IMG/VR virus record: IMGVR_UViG_3300045988_066710 | Length of the DNA stretch: 64,000 bases | Strand: one strand, 5' to 3' | Source of the DNA: a virus | Shown here: in pieces, positions 1 to 9,054 of the stretch | Numbering within the stretch: the stretch's first letter is position 1 | How the letters are laid out: each line of letters starts with the position of its first letter | Notes under the pieces: generated by a model | What the model was told of the DNA's origin: nothing | Seen by the model: the letters and a program-made list of their open reading frames with translations, nothing else | Databases searched by the model: none | Made by a program: the position numbers and the translations under genes

Positions 1-31
1 CTTTCATAATATTATAAAATAAAAATCTTGA

Positions 32-41
32 TGCAAAGATA
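32..41 (-). promoter_or_regulatory. Bacteroidota-type -7 promoter box (TATCTTTGCA on minus strand)
   Basis: Plus-strand tgcaaagata is the reverse complement of TATCTTTGCA, which fits TAnnTTTG. It lies 25 nt upstream of a leftward ATG (cat at 5-7) whose gene runs off the window. Confidence 0.5.
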
Positions 42-81
42 CAAAATAATATCTTATACACCAAGATTTTAATTAATATTG

Positions 82-447
82 TTATAGTATTCTAGTTTTA
101 TTGTTTTCAGTAAACCTATTTAATTCATCTTCTGTAATTCTTAATTCAAGACCATCATAATATTTATGGTGAATAAGACCATCTTTATATATCTTATATC
201 TAGGTAATCTTATTAAGCAATCACTAAGACAATAAACAGATTTAATAATATCATTATAATCTTCTTCTGTTATATATTCAGAGAAGTCATTCAATAATCT
301 AGATAGGAATGTAAGAATAATTACTTTATTTACTTCTTTATTCTTAACATATCCTGCCTTAGATAATATGTCAAAGTACTTATTTAAAGTATCTACTGTA
401 ATTAAATTAAAGTCTTCCATTACATCCACAATTAGGTAATACTGCAT
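82..447 (-). CDS. hypothetical protein, late module (121 aa)
   Basis: ORF co-oriented with and overlapping the upstream late gene. No motif recognised. Confidence 0.5.
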   Translation of the reverse strand: MQYYLIVDVMEDFNLITVDTLNKYFDILSKAGYVKNKEVNKVIILTFLSRLLNDFSEYITEEDYNDIIKSVYCLSDCLIRLPRYKIYKDGLIHHKYYDGLELRITEDELNRFTENNKTRIL

Positions 448-1054
448 TAGATTCTACATCACTATAAAATCTCTTCCATAATTCTATAGCTAAAGGATAT
501 TGATTAGTTTTTAAAGCTAAATCTATAGCATTAAATTGAAGAATGGCATTAATAAAGTTATCAGGTGTACTACATTCTTTTCCTAATTCCTTTACATATT
601 GTATCATAGTATTATAAAGTAATTGTACATCTACTAATGTATGTAAAGCTTTATTTTCATCCCATCTACATGGAGTATCTGCTGCTGGTGTTCCTCCTGC
701 TATAGCATATACAAAGAACATAGTTTTATGTATATCTACGTTTAATTCTTTAGCACTTATATATATTCTAACTCTATTATTGTTTGAGAAGAAAACATTC
801 TCTTCCATTTTTGTAGTAATACAAGGATTATTTTCATAAGAAGTATCTTCTTCAGAATTAAATGTCTTAGTATATATAGCCTTATTACTAGGACCATTAG
901 CTATGAATGTATCTTGAGTATCAATAACTATACTATCAATATACATATCTTTAAAGTATTCATCTTCTTCAATTTGTACATCAATAATTATGTAGTTATC
1001 TTCAATTTTAAGTTCATTAAATCTTATCATATTATAAATAATTAAATGAAACAA
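407..1054 (-). CDS. hypothetical virion-module protein (215 aa)
   Basis: ORF in the leftward late operon directly after a terminator hairpin. No motif recognised. Confidence 0.55.
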   Translation of the reverse strand: MFHLIIYNMIRFNELKIEDNYIIIDVQIEEDEYFKDMYIDSIVIDTQDTFIANGPSNKAIYTKTFNSEEDTSYENNPCITTKMEENVFFSNNNRVRIYISAKELNVDIHKTMFFVYAIAGGTPAADTPCRWDENKALHTLVDVQLLYNTMIQYVKELGKECSTPDNFINAILQFNAIDLALKTNQYPLAIELWKRFYSDVESNAVLPNCGCNGRL

Positions 1055-1080
1055 TAAAGGGTAGGAATAAACTCCTACCC
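1053..1080 (-). terminator. intrinsic terminator-like hairpin
   Basis: Stem GGGTAGGA(1059-1066)/TCCTACCC(1073-1080). On the minus strand it is followed by TTTATT. It starts 7 nt past the stop of 1087..2085. Confidence 0.5.
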
Positions 1081-1086
1081 TATATA

Positions 1087-2085
1087 TTATGATACTGCAC
1101 CAGCATCCACACCTGTAGCAGTTTTAATTGCTGTAATAAGCTTGTTAAGTTCTGCTGCATCTGCACAAACTACTGTAATAGTTCTCTCAGATTTAGCTAC
1201 CTCTACACCTGGACCAACATAAGCAAAATGAATATCTAATGTACTATAAGCCTTAGTCTCATCAACAAGTGGCTTAAAGTCAAAGTTATCAGGATATGTA
1301 GCTTCTCTATAAATATCACCTCTAGTACCATGATAGAACCACTCCATATCTGCAATTTGCTTACCATTGTTAATAGGGTCACCTTCCTCTTTTTCTACAG
1401 TACCCCAGATTACATCATTACCATCAACAAGAACTGTACCACAAGTAGTATTGAAATTAACAGGTTCTACTTGAGCTACACCTCTTCTCCAAGGCTGTTC
1501 AACCTCATCAATAATAATACTAGTATAAGTTTCTGTAGATGTAAGAGCAGCAAGATTTTGTATCTTACCATTAACAAGTATTGCTACCTTAGTATTTGTA
1601 GTACCAGTACTATTATATTTATTAAGAGACACATTAAGAATAGGCGAAGGCTCTCTACTGAGATTCTTAGCAAGATTAACTGCCATAGCCTTATAAAAAT
1701 CTGATTTAGTCATATCTTTTACTGCATGAACTGCACCAAACTTAATATGAGTAGAATCATCACCAAGAGCTACAAAGTTTCTTACCTCAACATTAAGTAC
1801 ATAATCTTGACCACTAATAGGGTCTTCATTAAGAGTCACTGACTGAGAATTAAGCTTTCTAGCCATATCAGCAGCCTTAGTAGACTTAACATAAAGGAGA
1901 TTCTTAAGGTCAATAATATCACTGGTAAGATTATCTTCTGTATCTTTATAAACAAGATACATAGAATTCTTAGCAGTATCTACTTTAAGAGTTGTATCAC
2001 CTACTGCTGCAAGAGCAGATTCACTAGCCTTATATGTCTTCATTACATATAAGTTTCTAAATTGATTATCTGAACCAATAAACAT
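1087..2085 (-). CDS. candidate abundant virion structural protein (332 aa)
   Basis: Long ORF in the capsid-proximal late operon with its own downstream terminator. Function not recognisable from sequence. Confidence 0.55.
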   Translation of the reverse strand: MFIGSDNQFRNLYVMKTYKASESALAAVGDTTLKVDTAKNSMYLVYKDTEDNLTSDIIDLKNLLYVKSTKAADMARKLNSQSVTLNEDPISGQDYVLNVEVRNFVALGDDSTHIKFGAVHAVKDMTKSDFYKAMAVNLAKNLSREPSPILNVSLNKYNSTGTTNTKVAILVNGKIQNLAALTSTETYTSIIIDEVEQPWRRGVAQVEPVNFNTTCGTVLVDGNDVIWGTVEKEEGDPINNGKQIADMEWFYHGTRGDIYREATYPDNFDFKPLVDETKAYSTLDIHFAYVGPGVEVAKSERTITVVCADAAELNKLITAIKTATGVDAGAVS

Positions 2086-2121
2086 ATTATTAAATATTTA
2101 ATTAAACATATGCATAATTAA

Positions 2122-2808
2122 TTATGCGTTATTACTTTTTACTTTACTTTGAACAGCTAATTGTACTGCTCTTTGAACTATCCTTTCATGTAATATAGGA
2201 TTAGTTTCACCATTTGATACTTTTGTATCACCATTATTGATACTTAAATTATCTTCTAATGCTACTAGTATAATAGGATTAGGTTTCTTTAAATACCTTA
2301 CCTTATAATTAGATATATTATACTTTGATATAAGTTCTATTTTATTATCAAAATCTAATCTAATTACCTTTCTACTATTAGGAGATTTAAAAGGATTCTT
2401 TAGTACTTTATCTAAATCATCATGTATAGTAGGAACTACTGATACTATCTTATTATTAATACAGTTATTCTCATCACTTAAAGTACATTGTTCATATATC
2501 ATAAATAATATATCATTACTTATTTCTACTTTATATGATTTGAAATTGTTATTTATTAGAGTTTCATCCTGCTCTTCTACAGGAGCATAGTTATCTGTTT
2601 TAATAAGATTACTTAAGTATTTTCTAACTTCTTCTGATTGTTCTAATTCCTGATAAAGCTCTAGAACTATCTGTTCTTGAGCTTTAGTCAGAAATATAGA
2701 TTTTTCATATTCATCAAAAGCTAGAGTATTCTGTTTACCAAAGTTGTCTTTAGTTATATATGGTTGTAATAAAGTATCAAATAGATTACTTAATTCTTGT
2801 ACATTCAT
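2122..2808 (-). CDS. structural-module protein, paralog of 2808..3575 (possible head-tail connector type)
   Basis: Shares YEKSIFLTKAQEQI near the N-terminus and NPILHERIVQRAVQLA near the C-terminus with its upstream neighbour. Confidence 0.55.
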   Translation of the reverse strand: MNVQELSNLFDTLLQPYITKDNFGKQNTLAFDEYEKSIFLTKAQEQIVLELYQELEQSEEVRKYLSNLIKTDNYAPVEEQDETLINNNFKSYKVEISNDILFMIYEQCTLSDENNCINNKIVSVVPTIHDDLDKVLKNPFKSPNSRKVIRLDFDNKIELISKYNISNYKVRYLKKPNPIILVALEDNLSINNGDTKVSNGETNPILHERIVQRAVQLAVQSKVKSNNA

Positions 2809-3575
2809 TATCTATTAGTTTGTTGAATATTATAACCTTTATCTGTACCACTCTGATTACCTCCTTGAATATGAGAAGCAGCAGTACCTTCCATTGCTAT
2901 TTTAGCAAGTTCCACTGCTCTTTGAAGAATTTCCTGATGGAGAATAGGGTCTAATTCACATTCAGTATTAGTACTCTTACCTTCAATGGAAAGTCCTTCA
3001 ATATTACCTAAAACTATAGGTGTAGGTTTCTTAATATATCTGATAGAGTACTTAGTTAAAACATCATCTGGACCAACAATAATCTCTACAGAATTCTTTT
3101 TATTACTATTATCAAGGATTCTCCAAGCTTGATATAACAAAGGTCTCTTGAAAGGCTTATACATAAGTCTGCTATACTCTTTATAATCTAAAGGAATAAC
3201 AGTAAGTCTCACTGTTCCTGTACCAGTATTATTAGGTCTAGTAACATCAGCAAACTCATTGATAAACATCATAATATCTGTATCTAATGATATTTTCTTA
3301 GTATTAGGATGAATATCAAATGTAGCTGCTGTGAAGTTAGAACTTTCGTAAGTCTTAGTTCTAAGAATCATAGAGAAATCTATCTGTCTCTTTTCTGAGC
3401 CATCAAAACCTTCTTGAGGCTTATTTGTTCTAGGGTCAAAATAAGACTTAATTATTTCATCTTGAGCCTTAGTTAAAAATACACTTTTTTCATAGTTATC
3501 AAGACCTGGAGCTTGGTTTGAAGTTATATTATTATAAAGTACTTCAAATTGATTTGAAAACTCTAAATTAGTCAT
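2808..3575 (-). CDS. structural-module protein, paralog of 2122..2808
   Basis: Carries YEKSVFLTKAQDEI and DPILHQEILQRAVELA motifs matching the downstream gene. Its stop overlaps that gene's start at 2808. Confidence 0.55.
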   Translation of the reverse strand: MTNLEFSNQFEVLYNNITSNQAPGLDNYEKSVFLTKAQDEIIKSYFDPRTNKPQEGFDGSEKRQIDFSMILRTKTYESSNFTAATFDIHPNTKKISLDTDIMMFINEFADVTRPNNTGTGTVRLTVIPLDYKEYSRLMYKPFKRPLLYQAWRILDNSNKKNSVEIIVGPDDVLTKYSIRYIKKPTPIVLGNIEGLSIEGKSTNTECELDPILHQEILQRAVELAKIAMEGTAASHIQGGNQSGTDKGYNIQQTNR

Positions 3576-3628
3576 ATTGTTTTATATTTAATTAAAATTA
3601 GTCATATAAAATATATGACTATTATATA

Positions 3629-4630
3629 TTAATCTTCCTTTAGCTTTCCTTCAAGCATCAACTTAGTAGTTTGATTCTTAGGAAGATTAAGGAATCTAGC
3701 TGCATTATTTAATGTAGGTTCTTCATTATTACTACAAAGAGGAATATTATTTTCTGTAAGATAATGATAATTACCTTTAAGATAAATATTACCTGCTTCA
3801 ATAGACTTCTTAATAAGAACCTTAGAACTTAAATATTCATCAGTAACTATATTTAAGAATGTCTTAGGATTAGCTTGAATAAGTTCATTAATCTTATTCT
3901 TCAAGAACTCACTCTTAGTATTTACATCAAGTGGTCTCATAGTAAGAAGTTCAATGACTACTCTCATAGTATCATTATCATCTTCCATCTTACCAAATTC
4001 TTTATAGCACTGCATTGTAGCTGATACATTACCACTAAGTTTCTTAGCTTCTGCACCTTCTTCAATAATTACAAACTGATAAGTAGCTTTAGGTCTATCT
4101 TCTAGTTCCTTTAAGGAAGGACAGATAAAATTCTTATTAGCCAATAGAATCTTATATTTGATATAATCATCTACAATACTAAGGTCAAAATAATTATCTC
4201 TCTTATAAAGAGTTACTTTATTAATACCTTGAGGATTACCACTATCCCAGAAGTTATTATGTCTATTGTATATACTTAAATCACCATCTTCAAGACCCAT
4301 ATAACTCTCAAGGAATTCCTTTTCCTTATTAGTAAGTACATTAACATAAACACCACTAGATGCAAGTTTAGGTACTACATAAGTTTTAAAAGAAGTATCT
4401 GCCATACCACCAGATAATACATGTCTAGGATTAGTAGTATTAGCCCAAAGACCTCCCATCTTAGGAATATATCTTACAATAATTTTCTCATTTCTAAGAC
4501 AAGATACTAATTCATCATTATCTTCTTCAATCACCCTTTTAACTTTCTTTTGTTTAGTTACTTTCTTTTCTTTATTCTCTACAGGGATTACCTTTGTTGG
4601 TAATTCCAAATCATCTAAAATTTCTTCCAT
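3629..4630 (-). CDS. hypothetical structural-module protein (333 aa)
   Basis: Long ORF downstream of the capsid gene region. Lys-rich N-terminus. No motif recognised. Confidence 0.55.
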   Translation of the reverse strand: MEEILDDLELPTKVIPVENKEKKVTKQKKVKRVIEEDNDELVSCLRNEKIIVRYIPKMGGLWANTTNPRHVLSGGMADTSFKTYVVPKLASSGVYVNVLTNKEKEFLESYMGLEDGDLSIYNRHNNFWDSGNPQGINKVTLYKRDNYFDLSIVDDYIKYKILLANKNFICPSLKELEDRPKATYQFVIIEEGAEAKKLSGNVSATMQCYKEFGKMEDDNDTMRVVIELLTMRPLDVNTKSEFLKNKINELIQANPKTFLNIVTDEYLSSKVLIKKSIEAGNIYLKGNYHYLTENNIPLCSNNEEPTLNNAARFLNLPKNQTTKLMLEGKLKED

Positions 4631-4649
4631 ATTTATTCTTCTCTTTTTA

Positions 4650-4698
4650 ATTTAAAAATAAAAGGAAGGATAAGAATGTTATCCTTAAATCCTTCCTT
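4650..4698 (-). terminator. intrinsic terminator
   Basis: 10-bp stem AAGGAAGGAT(4662-4671)/ATCCTTCCTT(4689-4698). The minus-strand T-rich run is TTTATTTTTAAA (4650-4661). It lies 11 nt after the stop at 4710. Confidence 0.6.
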
Positions 4699-4709
4699 TC
4701 TATTTATAC

Positions 4710-4856
4710 TTATGCTGATAAAATATCAGGGATAAGTGACATTACTCTTGTAGGGTCTTTGATAATAACACCAAAGGTATCCATCTTGTGTACCTCTGTA
4801 CTATCTTCATCAGTAGAAGCATAATCAACTGAATATTGTCCTGTAAATGGGTTCAA
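4710..4856 (-). CDS. 48-codon ORF with no ATG at its 5' end; candidate 3' exon of the major capsid protein gene
   Basis: Hand translation gives LNPFTGQYSVDYASTDEDSTEVHKMDTFGVIIKDPTRVMSLIPDILSA*. Composition looks protein-like, and a strong terminator follows immediately. Confidence 0.35.
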   Translation of the reverse strand: MNPFTGQYSVDYASTDEDSTEVHKMDTFGVIIKDPTRVMSLIPDILSA

Positions 4857-5627
4857 TTATGTTTATTACTATTGTAATCTTGCATTTAGCAAGCTCTATA
4901 TCTCTATAGAGTTCAGACTATATCATCACCTAAATTAGGTGTGTGCTCTTTAGTCGTTGAGCCTTCCTCCACATCTTTATATATAGATGTATAGAGGCTT
5001 GGTTGCTGATTGTCTAATATTTCAGATTTTTTCTGTTTTCTAATTATATTCTTTAAAGTAGTATATTTACAATTAAATAATTTAGAAATTTGATTTACAG
5101 TATAAATAGTTCTTAAAGTTGTAATTTGTGATACTTGAAAATCAGTTAAAGTAGTTTCTTTTTGTACACTTTTAAGCTTTACTCTTTTACCATATAAATA
5201 AGAATGATGTACATTTTCTTTAGGTGTTACCCACTCTAAATTATCTACTTTATTGTTTGTTATATCACTATCAATATGATTAACACAAGGCTTATTATCA
5301 GGATTAGGTATAAAAGCCATTGCTACTAATCTATGAATACCTTGATGAGTATATCTATTATTACTTAATTTCTTTAAACAAACGTGTAAATATCCATCTT
5401 TATCTTTATGAATAGAACGTTTAATATACTCACCTGTTTTAGAATCTATTCTTCTAACATTTCCTAAATTACTTACTTCTGTATCTTTTTCAAAATTAGG
5501 AATCGTTTTCCATATTTCTTTTACTTTATTCTCCATAATTAAATGTTTGAGATTAATTAAAAACTAGCACTGAAATCTCTAAAGATGTTCCAGCAATTTA
5601 GCACATTTTCATTAACTTATTACTAAG
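4857..5627 (-). mobile_element. HNH-endonuclease-bearing insertion (candidate self-splicing intron or free-standing homing cassette) after or within the MCP gene
   Basis: An HNH ORF is flanked by 91-nt and 56-nt non-coding arms. It sits between the MCP ORF stop and the orphan 48-codon ORF. A locally GC-rich segment (ggcggcgg) lies at the MCP stop. Confidence 0.4.
4913..5536 (-). CDS. HNH homing endonuclease (NUMOD4-like N-terminus plus HNH_3-like core)
   Basis: Motifs WKTIPNFEKDTEVSNLGNVRR, GIHRLVAMAF and VNHIDSDITNNKVDNLEWVTPKENVHHS, with an HTH-like C-terminal region. Confidence 0.85.
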   Translation of the reverse strand: MENKVKEIWKTIPNFEKDTEVSNLGNVRRIDSKTGEYIKRSIHKDKDGYLHVCLKKLSNNRYTHQGIHRLVAMAFIPNPDNKPCVNHIDSDITNNKVDNLEWVTPKENVHHSYLYGKRVKLKSVQKETTLTDFQVSQITTLRTIYTVNQISKLFNCKYTTLKNIIRKQKKSEILDNQQPSLYTSIYKDVEEGSTTKEHTPNLGDDIV

Positions 5628-7037
5628 TTAAGCCGCCGCCCTAAATTTATAATTTATTGCATTTTGACGGATTCCAGGAATATAGCTTCTAGTCTCTGGT
5701 CTACCCTTAATTCTAATCTTCTGAATGTTTGGTTCCTCAACATTACCAATATCAAAGATGTCATATCTATAAGACTCTGCTACATAAGTAGAGCCAGGCA
5801 TCTTGATTTTATTTCTTACAGTATCATCATAGCTATCATCTACTTCTACCTTAATATGAATACCATTAGGTGCAAGGAATTCAGTGAATTGGAAACCAGC
5901 TTTAAGTGCATTAGTATGCATTTGAGAAGTAGTCTTAGCTACAGCATTTACTGAACTATTATCAAGTACAATTTGCTGCCAACCACTACCATCTTTAAGT
6001 ACTTCCTCATGGAACTGAATAGCACCAGCTTCACCAGTTTTAAGGATAAACATTCTATTATTAAAACCAAGTTTACCTGCACTAATAGAACCAAGGGCAT
6101 CAACAAGAAGTTTAATACTAAAGTGATTATAATAAATCACATTACCTGCTTCCATTTGTTCTCTTAAACCACTACCTGCCTTAATAACTGCACCACCAAA
6201 ATCATAGTTATTATAAGTACCATCATTAAGTCTAGTAGAGGTACCAAACATCATAGCATTGTTCTTATACATTTGGAACTTCTCTTCAAGCTTCAAGTCT
6301 TCTAAGTGAATCCACTTATTAACTGTAGTATGAGTATAACCACTTTCAGTCTTCTGAATTACAGGAACACCTACAGCAAGCTTTTGGTCAAGTCTATTGC
6401 CAGGCACTTTATGCTTAATTCTAATAGTAGTCCACTCATTTCTCATACTAGTTGGAAGAGAACCATTTATACCACCAACACCTCTTGAGAATTCTCTACT
6501 TACTGGAGCATACTCAGTTGAGAATCTTTCACCAGTTTGAAGTCTTTCTCTAGGAATACCACCATTATTGTGACCATAAGTCTGTACCTTATAAAGATAA
6601 TTACTACCAGACTCTACAGGTTCAGCAATAATTCTAATCTGATAAAGTTCATTAAGCTCACCAAAGATTACTTCACCAAGGAAGAAATAAGCCTCATTAA
6701 ACTCAAGATAAAAAGGAGCACCATTAGCACCAACATTAGCACCTTCTGCTGTAATAGGAGTTTTATTCTCATCTAAAGCTCTAACAAGGGCTACATTTCT
6801 ACGGTCACTACCAATAACATCCCAAGTAATTTCTTGGTCATTTTCTAATTCTAAAGTTGGAAACTGTGATAAGAATGTATCAAGAGTTTTACCATTTTTA
6901 AAAGCTAAGAGTTGCACCATGAAGCTTGATAACTTCTGTGGAGCTAAAAGACCCATAGCTGCAAGAGAGTTTTCTTTCATTACACCATTCCAAGTTGTGA
7001 ATGGTCGCATCTGAAATCTACTTAATTTTCCAGACAT
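5628..7037 (-). CDS. major capsid protein (possibly exon 1 only)
   Basis: 469-aa ORF directly downstream of a scaffold-like gene in the terminase-portal-capsid late arm. Size and position fit an HK97-type MCP of crAss-like phages. There is no enzymatic motif to confirm the call. Confidence 0.65.
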   Translation of the reverse strand: MSGKLSRFQMRPFTTWNGVMKENSLAAMGLLAPQKLSSFMVQLLAFKNGKTLDTFLSQFPTLELENDQEITWDVIGSDRRNVALVRALDENKTPITAEGANVGANGAPFYLEFNEAYFFLGEVIFGELNELYQIRIIAEPVESGSNYLYKVQTYGHNNGGIPRERLQTGERFSTEYAPVSREFSRGVGGINGSLPTSMRNEWTTIRIKHKVPGNRLDQKLAVGVPVIQKTESGYTHTTVNKWIHLEDLKLEEKFQMYKNNAMMFGTSTRLNDGTYNNYDFGGAVIKAGSGLREQMEAGNVIYYNHFSIKLLVDALGSISAGKLGFNNRMFILKTGEAGAIQFHEEVLKDGSGWQQIVLDNSSVNAVAKTTSQMHTNALKAGFQFTEFLAPNGIHIKVEVDDSYDDTVRNKIKMPGSTYVAESYRYDIFDIGNVEEPNIQKIRIKGRPETRSYIPGIRQNAINYKFRAAA

Positions 7038-7070
7038 ATTTATATAAATTTAAACATTAATAATCATATA

Positions 7071-8213
7071 TTAAATGTCTAGCTGCATACCTTGACCTAA
7101 GTAAGAACTCTCATCAAAACTTACAAACCCAAGAGAGCCATCATTATTTCTAGATGTAGAATTAATTACTTTTTCAAGGTTAGCTAAACCTTTCTTTACC
7201 TCTTTTTTAGCTTGCTTACTTCCTAACTTACTCCAATCTTTAAAGCCATTTGTTAATGTATAGCAAATAGCAAAGTTCTTCATAGCCTCAATAGTATTCT
7301 CTGACTGATACTTCTGTAAAGCAGTCATATAATTACCATTAGAATCTTTATGTACTGGCTTAGTAATAAAGTCATAGATTTTAGCTCTAGTAGCTTTATC
7401 TATATCTACATCACCATAAAGATTCTTGTCTTCCATGATAGATTTCTTAAGGTTTTCAGATTGTTTAGTTCTTTCTTCTGCAAGCTTCTTCTCATTTTCC
7501 TTTGCACTATCAAGTATCTCCTTATACTTGTTATTATAGAAATCCTTAACTCCTTGTAAAGCATCCTTAGCATCATCTATATCTGTACCATTTTCAATGG
7601 CATCATTAACCATCTTTTCAGCTCTAGTTTTACTAAAACCTCTATTAAGATAATCATTATAAATAAGTTGTCTTCTAAGGTTTTCACCTTCTTCATCTTC
7701 AGCACTTAAGGAATCATCATTAATATTATTAAGATAATCAATAGTACTTTCATATTGCTGAACTACACTAGGTTCTACTTTATTGTTAAGAGCTTCATTA
7801 ATTCTCTTTTCTTTTTCTGTAAATCTAGCATTAATCTGTTCTTCAATAATCTTCTGAAAATCTTCAGGTGTCTTTACATTTTGGATTGTTTCTTTATCAA
7901 GGTCAGGGAAGATACCATCTACAACAAGTGCATCAGTAATGGAAGAGTAGAAGTTTTTGTTTTTAGGAGAAGAACTGATACCCTTATCGTCAGTATCTCC
8001 CTTTCCTTGTATATCTTCATCTTCACTACCTACGCTCTCTTTTTGTGAAGTTCCAAATGGATTGTCTTCATCAAAATCAGTAGTTTCTTCTTTCTTTTCT
8101 TCTTTAGGTTCCTCTTTAGGTTCTTTCTTAGGAGGTTCCTCAAATAAAGTGGCAATTTCATCACCACTTAAAATATTATCCAAATCTAATTCTTCCATAT
8201 TATTTTTCTCCAT
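7071..8213 (-). CDS. scaffolding protein candidate
   Basis: 380 aa, with a very acidic, Lys/Glu-rich N-terminus (EEPKEEKKEE) and long coiled-coil-like stretches. Immediately upstream of the MCP and preceded by its own promoter box. Confidence 0.5.
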   Translation of the reverse strand: MEKNNMEELDLDNILSGDEIATLFEEPPKKEPKEEPKEEKKEETTDFDEDNPFGTSQKESVGSEDEDIQGKGDTDDKGISSSPKNKNFYSSITDALVVDGIFPDLDKETIQNVKTPEDFQKIIEEQINARFTEKEKRINEALNNKVEPSVVQQYESTIDYLNNINDDSLSAEDEEGENLRRQLIYNDYLNRGFSKTRAEKMVNDAIENGTDIDDAKDALQGVKDFYNNKYKEILDSAKENEKKLAEERTKQSENLKKSIMEDKNLYGDVDIDKATRAKIYDFITKPVHKDSNGNYMTALQKYQSENTIEAMKNFAICYTLTNGFKDWSKLGSKQAKKEVKKGLANLEKVINSTSRNNDGSLGFVSFDESSYLGQGMQLDI

Positions 8214-8227
8214 TAGTTAAATTTCTC

Positions 8228-8237
8228 TGCAAAGATA
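8228..8237 (-). promoter_or_regulatory. Bacteroidota-type -7 promoter box
   Basis: Reverse complement is TATCTTTGCA. It lies 15 nt upstream of the ATG at 8213. Confidence 0.6.
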
Positions 8238-8303
8238 ATATATATTTAACATATATAAAAACTTATAACAAAAATAATTATAAGTTCTATATAATTTTAA
8301 TTA

Positions 8304-8735
8304 TTATTTTATTTTTAAGGTAATTTTTTCCTGCTTATTCTTGGCTCCTGTAAGAAGAGAGATGAACTTCTCACAAGTAACTCTACTATTAATTACCTTA
8401 CCTATTACTTTATTTTCTCCGAGTAAAACACAGCCAGAAGAATCCTTGTCTGTATTACCACTATGAAATCTTATACCATCAAAACCTTTAACATTAAGTA
8501 CTATAGGTAATTGCTTTTTAAATCTAGGACTATAAGTTATATCTACATTATAATTACCAGTAGGTATAGCAGTTTCATGCTTAACTTTAATCTTAAGTAT
8601 TTCTTCTACTGACATAGTATCTTTAAGACCTCTATCTTTATCTTCTAATGTGTCACAGAAATATTCATTATCAACATAAAGTTTACCTATAGTATATGTA
8701 GATTTCTTAGCTATCCTTTTTATTAGTATCTCCAT
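8304..8735 (-). CDS. DUF5675-like protein; candidate cell-wall hydrolase of the lysis cassette
   Basis: The pattern TIGKLYVDNEYFCDTLED...TAIPTGNYNV...GIRFHSGNTDKDSSGCVLLG resembles the DUF5675 family as I recall it. The gene follows two membrane proteins. Confidence 0.4.
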   Translation of the reverse strand: MEILIKRIAKKSTYTIGKLYVDNEYFCDTLEDKDRGLKDTMSVEEILKIKVKHETAIPTGNYNVDITYSPRFKKQLPIVLNVKGFDGIRFHSGNTDKDSSGCVLLGENKVIGKVINSRVTCEKFISLLTGAKNKQEKITLKIK

Positions 8736-9054
8736 TTTCTGATAATTTATTAAGTTGTTTTTCTGTTAATCTAGACCTTTTATCACATATCTTAATTTGA
8801 CAAGCTAAAGGATATAAAGAGTCTACTGTAGCCTGCAATTTATGTATAGTAGTTCTATCATTTTCTCTTAACTCTATAATAAGATTTAATTGCTTTCTAG
8901 TATCTTCAACTATCTCTTTATATATGTCTAACTGTTTTTGTATATTATTTAATTCATTACCATCTACTTCTACATTATATTTCCTTCTAGCTAATATCCA
9001 AGTAACTATACTTGTAACAATAGCTATTCCCCCATTAATAAGTAAGTCTATCAT
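8707..9054 (-). CDS. single-pass membrane coiled-coil protein (holin or i-spanin-like)
   Basis: N-terminal transmembrane segment LINGGIAIVTSIVTWILA followed by a coiled-coil-like region. Overlaps both neighbours. Confidence 0.45.
   Translation of the reverse strand: MIDLLINGGIAIVTSIVTWILARRKYNVEVDGNELNNIQKQLDIYKEIVEDTRKQLNLIIELRENDRTTIHKLQATVDSLYPLACQIKICDKRSRLTEKQLNKLSENGDTNKKDS

Noticed and set aside
1330-8220. Plus-strand ORFs nested in the leftward structural genes: 1330..1704, 2760..2954, 5664..5954, 5973..6167, 6306..6488, 6537..6776, 7350..7559, 7755..8048 and 7957..8220.
   Set aside because: All are antisense shadows inside longer, better-supported minus-strand genes. They have low-complexity hydrophobic or Ser-rich sequence and no independent start context.
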